Assembly (NCBI GenBank): GCA_963805975.1
Contig: CAWDVR010000006.1
Span: 192,001 to 256,000 of the forward strand
Source: an uncultured Acidobacteriota bacterium
GTDB lineage: Bacteria > Acidobacteriota > Thermoanaerobaculia > Multivoradales > SZUA-115
Reading direction: 5' to 3'
DNA: 64,000 nt
In this document: in pieces, positions 62,896 through 64,000 of the stretch
Numbering within the stretch: position 1 is the first letter of the stretch
How the letters are laid out: every line of letters starts with the position of its first letter
The notes under the pieces: generated by a model
What the model saw: the letters and a program-made list of their open reading frames with translations, nothing else
Told to the model about the DNA's origin: nothing
Databases searched by the model: none
Translations under genes and position numbers: made by a program

Positions 62896-64000
62896 GCGCT
62901 TCGCAGGCGCGGGACCTGCTGCGCTCGGCCCTCGCGGGAGCGCGTGGCCAGGGCGTCGCGGGGATCTTCAGCCGCGGCGCCACCGGCACTCTGATCGTCA
63001 CCGGCGCCGGCGCCCTGGTCGGGGTCGGCGTGCAGATCCTCCTGGCACGCTGGCTCGGCGTCCGCGAGTGGGGCTACTACGCCTTCTCGTGGACGCTGCT
63101 CAACGTGCTGGTGCTGCTGGGCAGGCTCGGTTTCGACACTGCGGAGATCCGCTTCGTGGCCGCCTACCGCGTGCAGCAGAGCTGGCCGCTCCTCGCCGGG
63201 CTGCTGCGCTACGGGGACCGGGTGGTGCTCGCCGCCAGCCTCGGGGTCGCGGCGCTCGCCGCGGGAGTGATCCTCGTGCTCTCGCCGCGCCTCGAGCCCG
63301 GCCTCACCGCCACCCTCCTCGTCTCCTGCCTGGCGCTCCCGGGCTACAGCCTCCTCGGCCTGCGCTGCTCGGCGCTCCAGGGCCTGCGCCGCGTGGTGCT
63401 GGCGCGGCTGCCGGAGGTGGTGCTGCGTCCACCGCTCACGGCGGCGCTGGCCGGCGCGATGGTGCTCGCCTGGGGCGGCCTCACGGCCTCGCGGGCCATG
63501 GCCGCGACCGGCGCGGCGATCCTGGTCTCGGCGGCGGTCGGCCACGCCCTCCTGGCGCGCAGGCTGCCGGAAGCCGTGAAGACCTCGCCCCCCGAGGTCC
63601 AGGGCCGCGAGTGGGTCCGCGTCTCGCTGCCGCTGCTGCTGGTCTCCGGCATGCGGCTGCTGCTCGGCCAGGCGGACATCCTGCTGGTGGGCATGCTGAT
63701 CGGCACCACCGAGGCCGGCATCTACACCGCGGCCTCGCGCCTCTCCCACCTCATCACCTTCGGCCAGAACGCCGCCAACGGCATCGTCGCGCCGATGATC
63801 GCCGAGCTGCACGCGGAAGGGGAGAAAGCCAAGCTGCAGCGCCTGGTGACGCTCGCCTCCTGGGCCTCGACGCTCTTCGCCCTGGTCGCCGCGCTGGCGC
63901 TGGTGCTGGGCGGCAAGCTGCTGCTCTCGCTCTTCGGCAAGGACTTCGTGGGCTCCTGGACCGTGCTCGCCATCCTCGCCGCCGGCCAGGTGGTCAACGC
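62892..64000 (+). CDS. Wzx-type polysaccharide flippase (runs off the window)
   Basis: From ATG 62892 it reads MSASQARDLL...QILLARWLGVREWGYY, multi-TM, with ADILLVG...AGIYTAASR. Confidence 0.88.
   Translation, partial: MSASQARDLLRSALAGARGQGVAGIFSRGATGTLIVTGAGALVGVGVQILLARWLGVREWGYYAFSWTLLNVLVLLGRLGFDTAEIRFVAAYRVQQSWPLLAGLLRYGDRVVLAASLGVAALAAGVILVLSPRLEPGLTATLLVSCLALPGYSLLGLRCSALQGLRRVVLARLPEVVLRPPLTAALAGAMVLAWGGLTASRAMAATGAAILVSAAVGHALLARRLPEAVKTSPPEVQGREWVRVSLPLLLVSGMRLLLGQADILLVGMLIGTTEAGIYTAASRLSHLITFGQNAANGIVAPMIAELHAEGEKAKLQRLVTLASWASTLFALVAALALVLGGKLLLSLFGKDFVGSWTVLAILAAGQVVN

Overview
This is a very GC-rich, gene-dense bacterial chromosomal window. It is probably from a diderm such as an Acidobacteriota/Thermoanaerobaculia-like organism, an inference from protein styles only. 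Housekeeping and metabolic genes are clpB, a CbpA-type dnaJ, thiO, a RapA-like SNF2 helicase, a YhaO/YhaN-like nuclease-ATPase pair, rRNA methyltransferases, a Cys/Met PLP lyase, guaB, secA, an M23 peptidase and a ComM/YifB ATPase. Clusters are a PHA-granule locus (two tandem ArsA/Get3-like ATPases, phaR with four operator boxes, a phasin, a patatin), a heme ABC operon under a Fur-like box, an HTH-VapC toxin-antitoxin pair, and the start of a sulfated surface-polysaccharide locus (ASST, GT39, Wzz, sat-cysC, cysQ, nucleotide-sugar dehydrogenase, epimerase, Wzx). Four candidates for undescribed biology stand out. (1) A possible split-domain tag/catcher system: two unrelated secreted enzymes end in LF(A/S)DGFE(S/T)GDxSxW, and a standalone secreted protein at 52914-53555 looks like a beta-sandwich domain lacking exactly that first strand. 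(2) A three-gene operon of an M35 metalloprotease with a C-terminal sorting tail, a standalone pro-domain lipoprotein and a small exosortase. (3) Two tandem pre-pro-peptides with a shared 14-Cys framework. (4) A Get3-like ATPase pair linked to PHA genes. Three clear and one probable single-base frameshifts suggest assembly indel errors. No rRNA, tRNA, CRISPR array or transposase was seen. All family assignments come from motif recognition, not database searches.
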